A DNA stretch of 64,000 bases from Chara braunii (GCA_003427395.1 BFEA01000040.1:837221-901220); one strand, 5' to 3'; positions 50,700 through 62,986 are shown, counted from the stretch's first letter. Numbers and translations are program-made. Notes: a model not told the origin generated them from the sequence alone.

Positions 50700-51538
50700 A
50701 CTCACGCAGTACTCGTTCCGGCCTTCGTCCCGACTTCCGACAAGACTTCGATGGTCGCGATCTGCTGCTGGATGCATCTGACCGCAATAGCGTCCAGGAG
50801 AGCTGAGTTGATGAAGAAGTCCTAGGCGAAGTATTCCCTCACATTATATGATAATTACTGCTCGAGCAGCACTCGTTCCGGCGCTCGTCCCGACTGGTCG
50901 GTATCTCCTGCTCCGTCGATGAGGGCACTCCGGCGAGATCATGGGGAAGACTCTCTCTCTCTCTCGAATTTCGTGCTGGAGTACCAGAAACTCGGTTGCA
51001 TCCTCTTATTCCATCTACATCGATCTCGTTCTCTCTCTGCATGTATCTGACCGTAATTAGGGTCGGAGCTGGATGCATCTGACCGCAATCACGTCCAGGA
51101 GAGCTGAGTTGATGCAGAAGTCCTAGGCGAAGAATTTCCTCATATTATATTATCATTACCACTCACGCAGCACTTGTTCCGGCGCTCGTCCCGACTTCCG
51201 ACAAGACTTGGATGGTCGCGATCGCTCGTCCCGACTCCCGACAAGACTCGGATGGTCGCGATCTGCTGCTCCGTCGATGAGGGCACTCCGGCAAGATCAT
51301 GGGGAAGACTCTCTCTCTCTCTCTCGAATTTCGTGTTGAAGTACCAGAAACTTGGTTGCATCGTCTATTCCACCTCAATTGATCTCGTTCTCTCTCTCTG
51401 CATGTATCTGACCGCAAAAATTAGGGTCGGAGCTGGATGCACCTGACCGCAATCAAGTCCAGGAGAGCTGAGTTAATGAAGAAAGTCCTAGGCGAAGTAT
51501 GCTCTCATATTACTATATGATCATATGATCGTTGCCAC
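50700..51538 (-). repeat. Three tandem diverged copies of the 3' coding end and downstream sequence of the adjacent gene
   Basis: Coding-like segments at 51163-51408, 50862-51048 and 50702-50770 align with 51539-51733. Confidence 0.88.
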
Positions 51539-54370
51539 TCACGCAGCACTCGTTGCAGCGCTCGTCCCGACTTCCGACAAGACTTCGATGGTGGCGATCT
51601 CCTGCTGCTCCGTCGACGAGGGCACTCCGGCGAGATTGGGAAGACTCTCTCGAAGTTCGTGTTGAAGTACCAGAAACTCGGTTGCATCCTCTATTCCATC
51701 TACATTGATCTCGTTCTGTCTCTGCATGTATCTCAAGCCTTCGACGACAGAGGGGCGCAGCTTCTGTCGATCGTATTCGGCCAAGCGAGTGAGTGCCGTG
51801 CAGGCGTAAATTTTGGTCCTTGACGTCTCCCCGCGATGGAGAAGCGCCGCTAACCAGAACGCAACGACTGTCATTCCTGCCACCGGACCCTCGTCTCTTG
51901 CACTGTCGTCGATCTCGACGGCGCGCGTCGTTGATTGATCGTCGAGCAACACCTCCTCTATCTCCACCGTCAGCAGATCGAAACACGTGGCGAGCAGGTA
52001 AGCCATCAATCGCGCGGGGCAGCGGAAGAGGTGCCGTACAGTCGGCGGACGACTGAGCGGGGCGGTGAATTGACGCCAGGAGGAGCTGGCGGCGATGCGC
52101 TCGATCCCCTCGCGCAGCGCGAACTGCGGTCCCATCCATTGCTCAAGCTCCAGCCGCAGCAGATGCAGGAACAACGTGCTGTCATCCTGTTCAATCAGTC
52201 GAGGCAGAAAGTCCTCGGTGCTGGAGGTATTAGGTTGATCTAAATAGGACAAGAGGAGGTCGCAGGTGAGCATGGCGGTGTAGAGGAGCTCGGGCGCAGT
52301 GGTGTAGTAACGGACCTGCAAGATGCGCGCCAACTCTTTCGCCTCGAAGGGGAAGAGATTGGCCGCGCCCAGCTCGTAATAACACTGCAGGATGACGGCG
52401 ATGAGCTCTTTGCCGTCGGTGGAGCTGGCGTGAGAGAGCGCGAGTCCGATCAGCCGCGGGAGGGCGCGGGACTCGCGGAAAGCGGCGCGCGCGGGGGGCA
52501 CCCAGAATCGCTGCGGACCCCGGTAGCCCTCGATCCCGCGGACGGGCTCCCGACGACGCCCCTCCCGCGGGATCGTCCCCACCAACAACCCTCGGTAATC
52601 TCGAATCCCGCGCAAGCGCGTGTAATGCGCGTACGGCGCCGCGCAATCCGCCATCAGCCGACTGAGAAGATACAGCGTATCTAGACACGTTCTTCCAGTC
52701 GGTCCGTTGGTCGCTAGCTCAACCAGCTCCTCTATTCGCGCTTTCCCCTCCACCCCCGAGAAGAGACACTCCGCCACCATGCGGTGATTGCGACAGAGGC
52801 GCCAAAGCGCGCCGACGGCCTTCTCCTGGATCAGCGGAGAGGACTTGCGCACCGCCGCGTCCAGCAGAATCAGCCCCGCCTTGGCCAGCCTGGGAGAGGA
52901 GGTGACGTTCCTTAGTGGGTCGTACATCCTCTGACCGTTCTCCTCTGCCACGTCAGCCAATCTACTCATATTCGCTAATTGCCAGACGATCGAGATAGCG
53001 CGCTCTCTGCATCGCAGAGACGCGTGATCTGTGATCACATTCACTATCCGATCGAATCCCCCTCGATCGGCGTCAACGATTAACTCGCAGGCGAAGGGAT
53101 CGCCAGACTGGACAACGCGACCGAGAGCATCCAAGGCCATCTCCTGATAAACGGCTGCGCTGACGCCGTCATCAATATTGCGGCACAGAGCGATGGCAAT
53201 GAGTTCCCTCAAGCTAAGGAACCAATGGCCAGGCAGACCGCAGTTGCAGTCCTCTCTGCGGAAAGCACACACAGGAAGAAGCTTAGGGTGGCGATGACAG
53301 TGGAAGTACCAGACAAGTGCTGGTAGTTCTCTGAGCGCTCGTTCGTCGTCGTCATCATCTTCCGGGCATCGAGGAGGAGGAGGAGGAGGAGGTAGGTGGA
53401 TCGCATTCTGAGCCTGCTGCGCATTCTCCCCGTCCGCTTGATTGCCTCCTCCTCCTCCTCCTCCTCCTTGTCCTTCTCCTTGTCCTCCTTCCCTGCCGGC
53501 GCCGGCTTCGCCTGACGCTTCTGCCGCCGCCTCCCCTCCTGATGCTGCGGCTTCTCCCGCTCTCTGCATTCCTTCCCCTTCCCCCGGCAGAGTCTCCCCT
53601 CCTGCTCCTCCCCCGCTGTTGGAGACGGCGGGGGGGAAGGGGGGGGACGGAGGGGAGCGGGGCGGGGGTGCGGTGGCAGGGGCGGAGGCAAGGGCGGGGG
53701 TAGGCGGAGAAGCGGGCACGGGGGCAACTCCCACTGCGCCTGCTCTCAAGGGGAGAACGCGCACGCGCTGCCGCCTTGCCGCCGCCATTCTCTTGAACGG
53801 CAGGGTAACAGAGTAGTAAAAGATCGAGAAAGGGATAATGATGAAAATGACACAGGAGAGAAGGATCTGCGCGAAAACCGCGGCGTACGCGAAATGTATC
53901 AGCTGCTCCAGTCTGCGAGTGCCCGCCTTTGCCTCCCCCCACCTCTTGCCTTGCGAATGGACCAGGTACACCAGCAGGATCGACAGCGTCAGCTGCGCGA
54001 GCGTTCCCGCCAGTCGGAGCGCGCCAGCGGCGCGCAGGTACCCGTAGTGCGCCTTGCCCTGCGCCAGCTGTAGCATCATCAACGAGCAGGGAACGTCTCT
54101 CACGAAGTAATTTTCGATGAACCTTCGCGTCACCTTCAGCGCCGTCTCCACAAGAAAAATGGCCATCGCGACCCGGAGGATCCCGATCCGGACCCACATA
54201 CCGTACTGGGATGCAAGGATAATACCGTAGGTGGCTAGAACCAACCAGCCGAGAATACTCTCCCCACCTTCGAGCAGGATTACCGTCCGGATTCGGTGCT
54301 TCTTCTTAACCGAAGGAGGGGTGATGTTCTCTTGGAGTAGATTCACAGCCGCGTGATTGAAAGCGTCCAT
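51539..54370 (-). CDS. 943-aa predicted membrane protein: ~4 N-terminal TM helices, Pro/Gly-rich linker, ARM-like repeats (possibly BLE2/Ptr-like family)
   Basis: Only long uninterrupted non-repetitive ORF, GC-rich; hydrophobic segments in aa ~30-190; ARM-like motifs LRCRERAISIVWQLA and PLIQEKAVGALWRLC. Family assignment is from remembered motif similarity only. Confidence 0.85.
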   Translation of the reverse strand: MDAFNHAAVNLLQENITPPSVKKKHRIRTVILLEGGESILGWLVLATYGIILASQYGMWVRIGILRVAMAIFLVETALKVTRRFIENYFVRDVPCSLMMLQLAQGKAHYGYLRAAGALRLAGTLAQLTLSILLVYLVHSQGKRWGEAKAGTRRLEQLIHFAYAAVFAQILLSCVIFIIIPFSIFYYSVTLPFKRMAAARRQRVRVLPLRAGAVGVAPVPASPPTPALASAPATAPPPRSPPSPPFPPAVSNSGGGAGGETLPGEGEGMQRAGEAAASGGEAAAEASGEAGAGREGGQGEGQGGGGGGGGNQADGENAQQAQNAIHLPPPPPPPRCPEDDDDDERALRELPALVWYFHCHRHPKLLPVCAFRREDCNCGLPGHWFLSLRELIAIALCRNIDDGVSAAVYQEMALDALGRVVQSGDPFACELIVDADRGGFDRIVNVITDHASLRCRERAISIVWQLANMSRLADVAEENGQRMYDPLRNVTSSPRLAKAGLILLDAAVRKSSPLIQEKAVGALWRLCRNHRMVAECLFSGVEGKARIEELVELATNGPTGRTCLDTLYLLSRLMADCAAPYAHYTRLRGIRDYRGLLVGTIPREGRRREPVRGIEGYRGPQRFWVPPARAAFRESRALPRLIGLALSHASSTDGKELIAVILQCYYELGAANLFPFEAKELARILQVRYYTTAPELLYTAMLTCDLLLSYLDQPNTSSTEDFLPRLIEQDDSTLFLHLLRLELEQWMGPQFALREGIERIAASSSWRQFTAPLSRPPTVRHLFRCPARLMAYLLATCFDLLTVEIEEVLLDDQSTTRAVEIDDSARDEGPVAGMTVVAFWLAALLHRGETSRTKIYACTALTRLAEYDRQKLRPSVVEGLRYMQRQNEINVDGIEDATEFLVLQHELRESLPNLAGVPSSTEQQEIATIEVLSEVGTSAATSAA

Positions 54371-54386
54371 GATGAGAGATCGGCAG

Positions 54387-54410
<24 letters not shown>

Positions 54411-54418
<8 letters not shown>

Positions 54419-54672
54419 TTACTAGGGACACCACACCAGACTCCTCCTCTAGGTGAACAAGGGACTGAGTCTCATTGGGAGAGAGAAGAGGAGCGGGAGG
54501 AGGGAGGACAGGAGGGGGAGGGAGGGACGAGGGAGGAGGGGTAAGACGGTAGGAAAACGACAAAAAAGTCCTTAGGGACACCACACCACACTCCTCTAGG
54601 TGAACAAGGGACCGACTCTCATTTGGAGAGAGAAGAGGAGCGGGAGGAGGGAGGACAGGAGGGGGAGGGAGG
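54411..54672. repeat. ~155-bp tandem duplication immediately upstream of the start codon
   Basis: AAAGTCCTTA..GGGACACCACACCA..CTCCTCTAGGTGAACAAGGGAC..GGAGAGAGAAGAGGAGCGGGAGG occurs twice. Confidence 0.8.
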
Positions 54673-55119
54673 GAGGAGAGAGGAGGGGGAAGGTAATGGG
54701 TGTGGGGATCGGCAATTTCCAGTGGCTAGAGGGGGTAGAGAATCCAGTGTAAGTTATGAGCTGCACGGCGGCTACTGCGGATAAGCATGTGTATTTTCCA
54801 TCCAAGAATCGAACGCACAACCTATGGCTTGCAAGGCCGACAGCTAATCAACAGGCCAAGTGGGCTGGGGTATCAACAAACGTGAAGTGAGGAAGCGATT
54901 CAAGGATTCGTTAACGGGGCTCGTGGAACAGGTTTACATGACATGAGAGAAGAGTCTAATAAGAAGATTATAGCATGCACCTGCGCAAGGACGGCACGCA
55001 TATAAAAAAAAAAATAGAAAAAAAAAAAAAGGTCCGAAAACAAAAAGGAAAAAAAGGAAGATGAACACGAAGAAGAGAAATCACACGTTTGCCTGCTAAT
55101 GGATTATTTACGGCGCGCC

Positions 55120-56130
55120 CTCATCGATCGGCTCGATCGATCGCGTTGATGGCAATCAAGCTGCCCATCAATCATCAATCGATCGATAAAAAAAGCCGAC
55201 CGATGCCAATGAATCAATCGATAAGTCAGTCGTCAATCAGTGGACGGATTGGATGACAATCAATCAATGGAGTGGATGAAAATTAACCAGTGCAGTGGAT
55301 GACAACCAATCAAATCGATCATTCAGTCGTCGATATCCATAAAGTCGATGATAATCCACTCGTCAATCAATCGATCGGGTCGATGACAATCAATCAAGCT
55401 GATCAATCAAGCATCGATCGATCGATAAAGGCGATGACAATCAATCAAGCTGATCAATCAAGCATCGATCGATCGATAAAGACGATGACAATCAATCAAT
55501 CAATCAATCAATCAATCGACCCCTTAGTCACCGATCAATCGATGGAGTCGATGCCAATCAACGAAGTCAATCAATCAGTCATCGATATCCAACAAGTCGA
55601 TGACAATCAATCATCAATCAATCGATGAAGTCCGTGACAATCAATCAAGCTCATCAATTGATCGATCAATCCATCAATCAAATCGATCGACCACTCAGTC
55701 ATCGATCAATCGATGGAGTCGACTCCAATCAACGAAATCAGTCATCAATATCCAACCATCAAGCCGATGACAATCAATCATCAATCAATGGATGAAGTCG
55801 ATGACAACCAATAATCAATCGACCGATGAAGCCGATGATAATCAATCAATCGACTAATTTGTCATCGATCGAGCGATCGAGCGATCGACCGATCGATGAA
55901 GTCGATGAAAATCAATCAAGTCTATCAATCAGTTACCGATCGATTAAACACGTCGATCAATCAGTCATCGATCGATCGATCACTCCGTCGGTCAATCAAC
56001 CATTGATTGATCGAACACTCACGTCATTAATGAATCACTCAACTTGTTTCGATCCCCGTTGATTGATGAAATCAATCAAACACTGCGTTAATCAACCAAC
56101 TGATATAAATCAATCATCGATCGATCACCT
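55120..56130. repeat. Degenerate (ATCA/ATCG)n-derived satellite
   Basis: Direct inspection. Confidence 0.85.
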
Positions 56131-57584
56131 GGAGGACCTCTTCTAGCAATCACTCAACATATGGATTCGTCTGCTTATTGACCTAAAAAGAGCAAACACT
56201 ACGTAAATCAATCAGAGTAAGGCGAAGTAATTTATAATCTACGCGACAAAATAAACCTCTTCACGGCGATCTACATGACTAGGACAAAAAACAAGATTTC
56301 TCTGACAGCAATTCTGAACAAAAAAAAAAACAAACAGAAACTGATTTTTTCGATGGTGATCTAAAGAGGGGAAGTACCTGTATCAGCACGCGAACAATCT
56401 TCTTATTCCTTTACTGAACAAAAAAAAAGGGGAAAAAAAAAAAATTCTACCGGAAAAAAAAACAGGTAAAAACATTGCTCTACAGATTCAAAAAAAACTA
56501 GAAATGAAATTTATTATTAGTTGACCATCATTACTAACCACAAAAAAAAAAAAAAAAAAAAAAAAACCGATCACCTCTAGATGAAGGCATGACAAACATT
56601 CCCGAGGAGGGAAATGCGAAGTAAAAACTTATTTGTGAAAAAAATTATTTGTGAAAAAAAATTATTTGTGATCGTAATTTGTATATCAGTGTCTGGGATC
56701 GAATCCCTGTTCGGCGGCTGAGAGTGCTCACAGCCGATCCGCTGCCGAGGGAACTTCAAAAGAGAAGCAGGTAATTAATTGCCCCAGCGAAAAAGGGGAG
56801 GAAATATCTTTAAAGGCGGGGGGGCCAGGGAGAAGTGGGGAGAAATATCGAAAAAGTGGGCGGAAAAGATTCACAAAAGAGGAAAAAAAAGCACTCCAAA
56901 GGCATTAATTAGCACCTGCGGTAGCAATGAAAAGGCAGAGAAATATTTATCTAAAAAGGGGAGAAAAAAATATATAAAAAGGGGAGAAAAAATATATAAA
57001 AAGGGGAGAAAAAAAATCTAACGAGGGCAGGAGGGGGGGGGGGGGGGGGGGAAGCTCGACAAGGCAAAAATTTTAACCTTCCATAGCGAAAAAAAGGGGG
57101 AGAAATATTTAAGGACGGGGGGGGAGAGAGGAGATTTAAAAAGGCGGGGAAAGGAAGAAAGCTCCACAAAGGCATCAATTTTAACCTTCTGAGATCCCGA
57201 TTCGCTATTTTAACCTTCCGTTATATCCCGTTTGTGACGTCGTCCTGCAAAAGCACACTCATTAAACAGATCTACAAGACTACAACTTTTGAGATCCCGA
57301 TTCGCTATTATTAATATAAAATAGTTGAAAAGGGTAATCAACCGAAGTTTACCCTTATTGTCGAAACTTCACGGGAATCGTCATCGACAGTTCATGGAAG
57401 TCTTATCGAACGCTCACTTGCCTCTCACCCACTGCCGATCTAACGCTCATTTGCCTCTCACCCACTGCCGATCTAACGCTCATTTAACGATTACTTATAG
57501 TCTACGGGCATGGGACGGTAATTTACACCTCCTCTCCTCCCCCCTCCCCTCGCTCATCAATACACTAATCATGAACATCAAGAG

Positions 57585-58510
57585 TCTAATTAATCAATAA
57601 TAACCAACAAGAAGGCTAATTAATCAACAATAACCAACAAGAAGGCTAATTAATCAACGAAAAATAACCATGAAGAAGGCTAATTAATCAACAAATAACC
57701 ATGAAGAAGGCTAATTAATCAACAAATAACCATGAAGAAGGCTAATTAATCAACAAATAACCAACAAGAAGGCTANNNNNNNNNNNNNNNNNNNNNNNNN
57801 NNNNNNNNNNNNNNNNNNNNNNNNNNNNNNNNNNNNNNNNNNNNNNNNNNNNNNNNNNNNNNNNNNNNNNNNNNNNNNNNNNNNNNNNNNNNNNNNNNNN
57901 NNNNNNNNNNNNNNNNNNNNNNNNNNNNNNNNNNNNNNNNNNNNNNNNNNNNNNNNNNNNNNNNNNNNNNNNNNNNNNNNNNNNNNNNNNNNNNNNNNNN
58001 NNNNNNNNNNNNNNNNNNNNNNNNNNNNNNNNNNNNNNNNNNNNNNNNNNNNNNNNNNNNNNNNNNNNNNNNNNNNNNNNNNNNNNNNNNNNNNNNNNNN
58101 NNNNNNNNNNNNNNNNNNNNNNNNNNNNNNNNNNNNNNNNNNNNNNNNNNNNNNNNNNNNNNNNNNNNNNNNNNNNNNNNNNNNNNNNNNNNNNNNNNNN
58201 NNNNNNNNNNNNNNNNNNNNNNNNNNNNNNNNNNNNNNNNNNNNNNNNNNNNNNNNNNNNNNNNNNNNNNNNNNNNNNNNNNNNNNNNNNNNNNNNNNNN
58301 NNNNNNNNNNNNNNNNNNNNNNNNNNNNNNNNNNNNNNNNNNNNNNNNNNNNNNNNNNNNNNNNNNNNNNNNNNNNNNNNNNNNNNNNNNNNNNNNNNNN
58401 NNNNNNNNNNNNNNNACAAATAACCAACAAGAAGGCTAATCAATCAACAAATAACCATGAAGAAGGTTAATTAATCAACAAATAACCATGAAGAAGGCTA
58501 ATTAATCAAC
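57585..58510. repeat. ~30-bp tandem minisatellite spanning an N-gap
   Basis: GAAGGCTAATTAATCAACAAATAACCA(TG/AC)A units on both sides of the gap. Confidence 0.9.
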
Positions 58511-59425
58511 TATTTGCATCAGCAGACAAACTTATCAATAGCAACAATCCTCATCAAAAGCTCATCAAATTTCCATCGTACGTCCGATTCTACCGGCCTT
58601 GTCAGAGGGTCAATTACACTAGGATAATTAATCAAGAGTAGTACCCCTCATCGAAGCCCTAACCACTAACATTAACCTATCAAAGACTCTAATTAATTAC
58701 TCCCTTCCTCGCCCCCCCCCCCCCCCCCCCCCCCTCCTTCTCATTCAGCAATACTCTAATCACTAACATAACAAGCTAATTAATCAAGGAAGTACTCTTA
58801 TCAAAGCTCATCAAATTGTCATCTACTTTAAGTCTTACCTGCCTCTCACCCACCACTGATCTCACAATGATCTCAAATTGAGTGGTCTTAAATTTAGTGC
58901 TTAACCCTCATCGAACACACGTCTAACACTGAGTCAAAGCTCATCGACCGGTCATTGACCCCCTTCTTCCCCCCTTTCTCCCCCCCTCTTTCCCTACCCC
59001 CCCTAACCTATCTTCATAGCCACTCTCCGCAATGAACAGAGGTAGGCGACAACCAGATCCTGAGAACAACTATAAAAGCCATCGACATCGATAGACAGCT
59101 CTCGCCCAAACATCAATGGAGGAAGGAGGGGAGGGGGGTGGAGGGGGGGAGGAGAGAAAAAGGAGAAAAAAAAAGCGAGGAACAAGTGAGAAAAAAAGGA
59201 GAAAAAAGACGAAAAAGAGCGCGAAAAAAGGGGAAAAGAAGGGAACAAAAAGCGGGAAAAAAAGCGGAAACAAAGAAGAACGGAAGAAGAGCAAACATTC
59301 AATACCCCCTGGTTATTTGAGAGATCCAAGGGGCGCGGGTCTATCAGGCGGGAGGGGGGGGGACAGTACGGTTCTGCTTTATAGGATGATGAGAAGATTA
59401 CCGAAAGTATCGATGATCAGACAGT

Positions 59426-59545
59426 GGGCCTCGCTGCACTACTCTCGAAATTTGCAAACGAGAGCGAATCTTCCGCTAGAACAAGGAAAGATACATCGCC
59501 ATGATTTTGTCTTTTGTGCGTTTCCGGAGTAGTGGAGCGGCGCCC
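59426..59545. mobile_element. MITE, GGGCCTCGC family
   Basis: TIRs with AGT duplication. Confidence 0.82.
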
Positions 59546-60197
59546 AGTACCGACACAGTACGAGAGTACATGATGTGCGCTGATAGTTTGTCTGCCCCCG
59601 CGGCAGCTACACCGACGGATGGAAAACGAAAATAAATAAATACCAAAACATCAAATAGCGGCAAATTGTTTCCCTAAAGGGAGAGAATAATTCACTACTT
59701 CCCAAAAAAAAAAAAAAAAAAAAAATCACTACCCCCAATCGTTGCCTAACTAGGAAAAAGTCAAGAGCGGAGCAATGCCGGGAAGGATTAACGGCAAGGA
59801 AGAGAATTTGAATCCCCGACGAAGTGTTGAAGTTTTCACCTTTCTTTGTGGGACTGTAGCTTAGTTCATTTTGGCATACTTTTGGCTTCTCAGGTTAGCA
59901 GACTCTTTGCTCAGCTGTTAGTTTTTCTTAGCTTTGGTTTTTGCTTTGTTTACAGCTTTGCTTTTAGTATTGGGTCCAGTTTTAGTGTTAGCTCTGGTCC
60001 TTTTTCTAATTCAGGCTTTGCCAAATTGTGTCCTTGCTGAGCCGTTGCATTACTCGTAACCGGGGATTGACCCGTGGTTTGGATGGGTGAGGCCACATGG
60101 CCACGGAACAAATGTAAGGGACGCCGGACCCGGTTTCCGGCCATAATAAATGGACGCATTTGGAGGGGAAAAAAAAAAAAAAGTCAAGCCCAGTGGG

Positions 60198-60310
60198 AGA
60201 CCTGCGGCTGAACGGTACAGGCAGTCATGTGAACCACAAGTGAACAGAGATTTTTTTTTTCTTTTTCTTTTTGGGAAAGTGAACAGAGATCGTGAGTTCG
60301 AGCCCTCAAA
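60198..60310 (+). mobile_element. tRNA-derived SINE-like head (family C)
   Basis: CCTGCGGCTGAACGG ... GAGTTCGAGCC; second copy at 63304-63500 interrupted by a MITE. Confidence 0.5.
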
Positions 60311-60864
60311 GAACAAGAAGAAAAAAAAAAAAAAACATGAGGAGGGAAGGCAATGCACGCTCGATTACCAAAATTGGACCGACAGGAAGAAGAGTCGAAT
60401 AGGCGTGTCGGTCTCGCCGCACGGCATACGAAACGAAAACGAAACGAGTGCATCTGCCCACGAAAGATGGCAAAATACACTTGTTACTATTTATAGCAAA
60501 CCGATGAACCTGGCCATTTTCTGCAGGAAGATGCACAGGGCCGCGCTATCCACTACTGGCGACATGCACAAAAGACAAAAATCATGGCCGTGTATCTTTC
60601 CATCCATGTTGTAAGGGAAGATTGGCCTCGCTCCTGCTCCACTACTTTCGAAATGTGCAAAACGAGAGTGAATCTTCCGCTGGAACATGGAAAGGTACAC
60701 CGCCACGAATTTTTGTCTTTTGTGCTTGTCCAGAGTAGTGGAGCGACGCCCATTCACTCTCGTTTTGCACACAGCTCGATAGTAGTGGAGCGCACTGGGC
60801 CTTTGGCCTCCTTCGGCCTAAAATGAAAAAAGTCCCCGCAAAGCATCCTTCAAACCGATTTTCC

Positions 60865-61245
60865 AGCGGCCTAGCTCAGTCGGTAAGGCACGCAAGTGGC
60901 ATTCAGGAGGTTCTGGGTTCAATCCCCATTGGCCTCATGTACCTTCCTGGGCGAGCTTGGCGCCCGCCACCTAGAGATATGCCGTTGGTCCCCCCGAGTG
61001 GCATTGAGCAGAAACTGCTGATGTTCATAGGGGGCGGGGAGCGGAGGGGAGGCACAGTGACTGGCCCATCGAAGAAGCTCGGTCCTGATGCTACTGGCTG
61101 ACCCCTGGCCGGTATCGCCCACCTCCTGTAGCAGGTATCGCACCTGCTGGTGGGTGCAGCTCCCGCATGTTCCCTCGTTGGAGGCTTGAGCACGGATGTG
61201 GCTGCTACGGGGTTCCCCGTAATACTATAATGACAATAATAAAAA
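60865..61245 (+). mobile_element. tRNA-derived SINE family A, A-tailed copy with 13-bp TSD
   Basis: TAGCTCAGTCGG / GGTTCAATCCC; TSD AAACCGATTTTCC at 60852-60864 and 61246-61258. Confidence 0.92.
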
Positions 61246-61484
61246 AAACCGATTTTCCTAGGGCCTCGCTGCACTACTCTCCAAATGTGCAAAATTAGAC
61301 GGCATCCACCGCTAGAACATGGAAAGATACATTGCCATCGTTTTTGTCTTTTGTGCATCTGGAAAGTAGTGCAGCAAGGCCCCTGATCTCTCACGCCTCT
61401 CCTACTACCCTCCTGAGCTCGACCTATGCTTCTAGCTAATCCGAGTGGCTGAGCCAGAGGGAAAACAACATCTTTCTGCCAATA

Positions 61485-61964
61485 TTACTGCCGCCAGTCG
61501 ATTCCCCCTGGCCCATGCGATTGTGATTGTTGTGAATTACCCCTGTCTGCTTTTTTGACCCAGTCAGCTGCGACCATCACTCGGATTATAGCTTCGAGCT
61601 TGTTCTTCATGGTGGCGTCTGCTGACCATTCTTTCCTGAATACGATGTTGTTGCGATCCTCCCAGATAACCCAAGTGATAGCTGAGCGGATTGCCTGCCA
61701 GTGGGCCATATATCCCCAACCCTGTTTGCGGAAGAACAGAGGGGGCAGCTGGTCTGTAAGCACCCATTGCGGATCCCAGAGTAATGTCGGCCCCAGGTTT
61801 TGCCAATGGTTGGCCCGCCATAGCCAGAATCTTCTTGAGGCTGGACACTCCCAGATGAGGTGCAGAAGAGTTTCTTCCTCCCTGTTGCCACAGCGGCAGC
61901 ATGTTCTTGGGACCCCACATAAAGGGCGGGTTTCGGAGAGGGTAGATAGAAGGCCTGAGCCCAA
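61485..61964 (-). mobile_element. LINE (L1/Tx1-type) ORF2 C-terminal remnant (zf-RVT)
   Basis: CCRCGNREEETLLHLIWECPASRRFW ... ITWVIWEDRNNIVF. Confidence 0.88.
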
Positions 61965-62404
61965 TTAGGCTGGGGGGGTCGATATAAGACCCTTATGCCC
62001 CCAGTAAGACAAAGTAGGAAGGGAATGCCTCTCCTGACAGGTGGGTATTTCGCTTTGAATTTTCTGCAACAGAGCTTTCCCCACTTGTGTGGTTAGCGGC
62101 TAATTAGGATCGTGGGGGGAAGCTCGTCGTAACTATAGATTAACTACTAGACTAGCTTGCCCTGTTATTAATCCCTTTGCCTTATTTGTATCTTCCCTAC
62201 TCCTCACTGTGTAGAAGATTGTAGTGGATAATTGAGGAGTCGAGTAGGGCAGAGTTTGATTCAGCACACAGCGGGGTTAATCCTTCCTTACTGGGGAAGC
62301 AATCAATGCCCCGAGATTTTACTATATTCGTGTTATGCAGGGAAGCTGTCTCCAGGGCAGCAGCGGCTGAGGCTCTTCCTGCCCTAATGGGAAGAGGTGT
62401 GTCT

Positions 62405-62611
62405 TTAAACCACCAGTACCTCGCTCAGCTATTGAATCCGAGCCTCCCAGCACGCTGCGCGCCAAGTCCTGCGGAACCGCCGTCGCAATTTTCTTTTTCG
62501 TTTTGCCTGCGGCCTCCAGCCAATGCGGTCCGGCAGGCCGAAGCCCAAATGGCACGGCGCGTATACGGGAAGCGCCGCGGCCGATAGCTGGGCCAGGTAC
62601 TGGTGGTTTAA
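62405..62611. mobile_element. TTAA/TTTAAA-flanked MITE
   Basis: TTAAACCACCAGTACCT ... AGGTACTGGTGGTTTAA. Confidence 0.8.
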
Positions 62612-62986
62612 GTGTTGTAATCAAACTAATAATTGGAGCCTTGGGCACTGGGCCCCTTAAAAAAAAAAAAAGGAAATAAAGGGCCATTGGGGTTAGGAAC
62701 TAGGGGGAGTCATTCTTTCTGTTTTTGAGTAAAAATGAGGAATTGTAGGAGTCTAAGAAGAAATAGGGTAGACCAGGCTAGCTGGAGTAGATAGGGAATG
62801 GGAAGCGGTCGAGCAAGGTTGGTTGGTGACTGTCTGATGCACTCTATTCTCTCTCCTCCCTTCGTCTAGGAATTCGGTAGGACAAGCAGACAAAGCGAAC
62901 TGGGGTAATGCTCCCTGAACCCAGCCTTTATGTGGGGTGGCCGGCCCCGATTATACCTTTGATACGAATGAGTACCAATGTGTTCC

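Noticed and set aside
50700-51733. Diversity-generating retroelement (TR/VR pair)
   Set aside because: Differences between copies are not adenine-specific, include indels, and no RT is nearby.
53209-54197. Overlapping alternative-frame ORFs within the 943-aa gene
   Set aside because: Shadow ORFs expected from GC-rich coding sequence.
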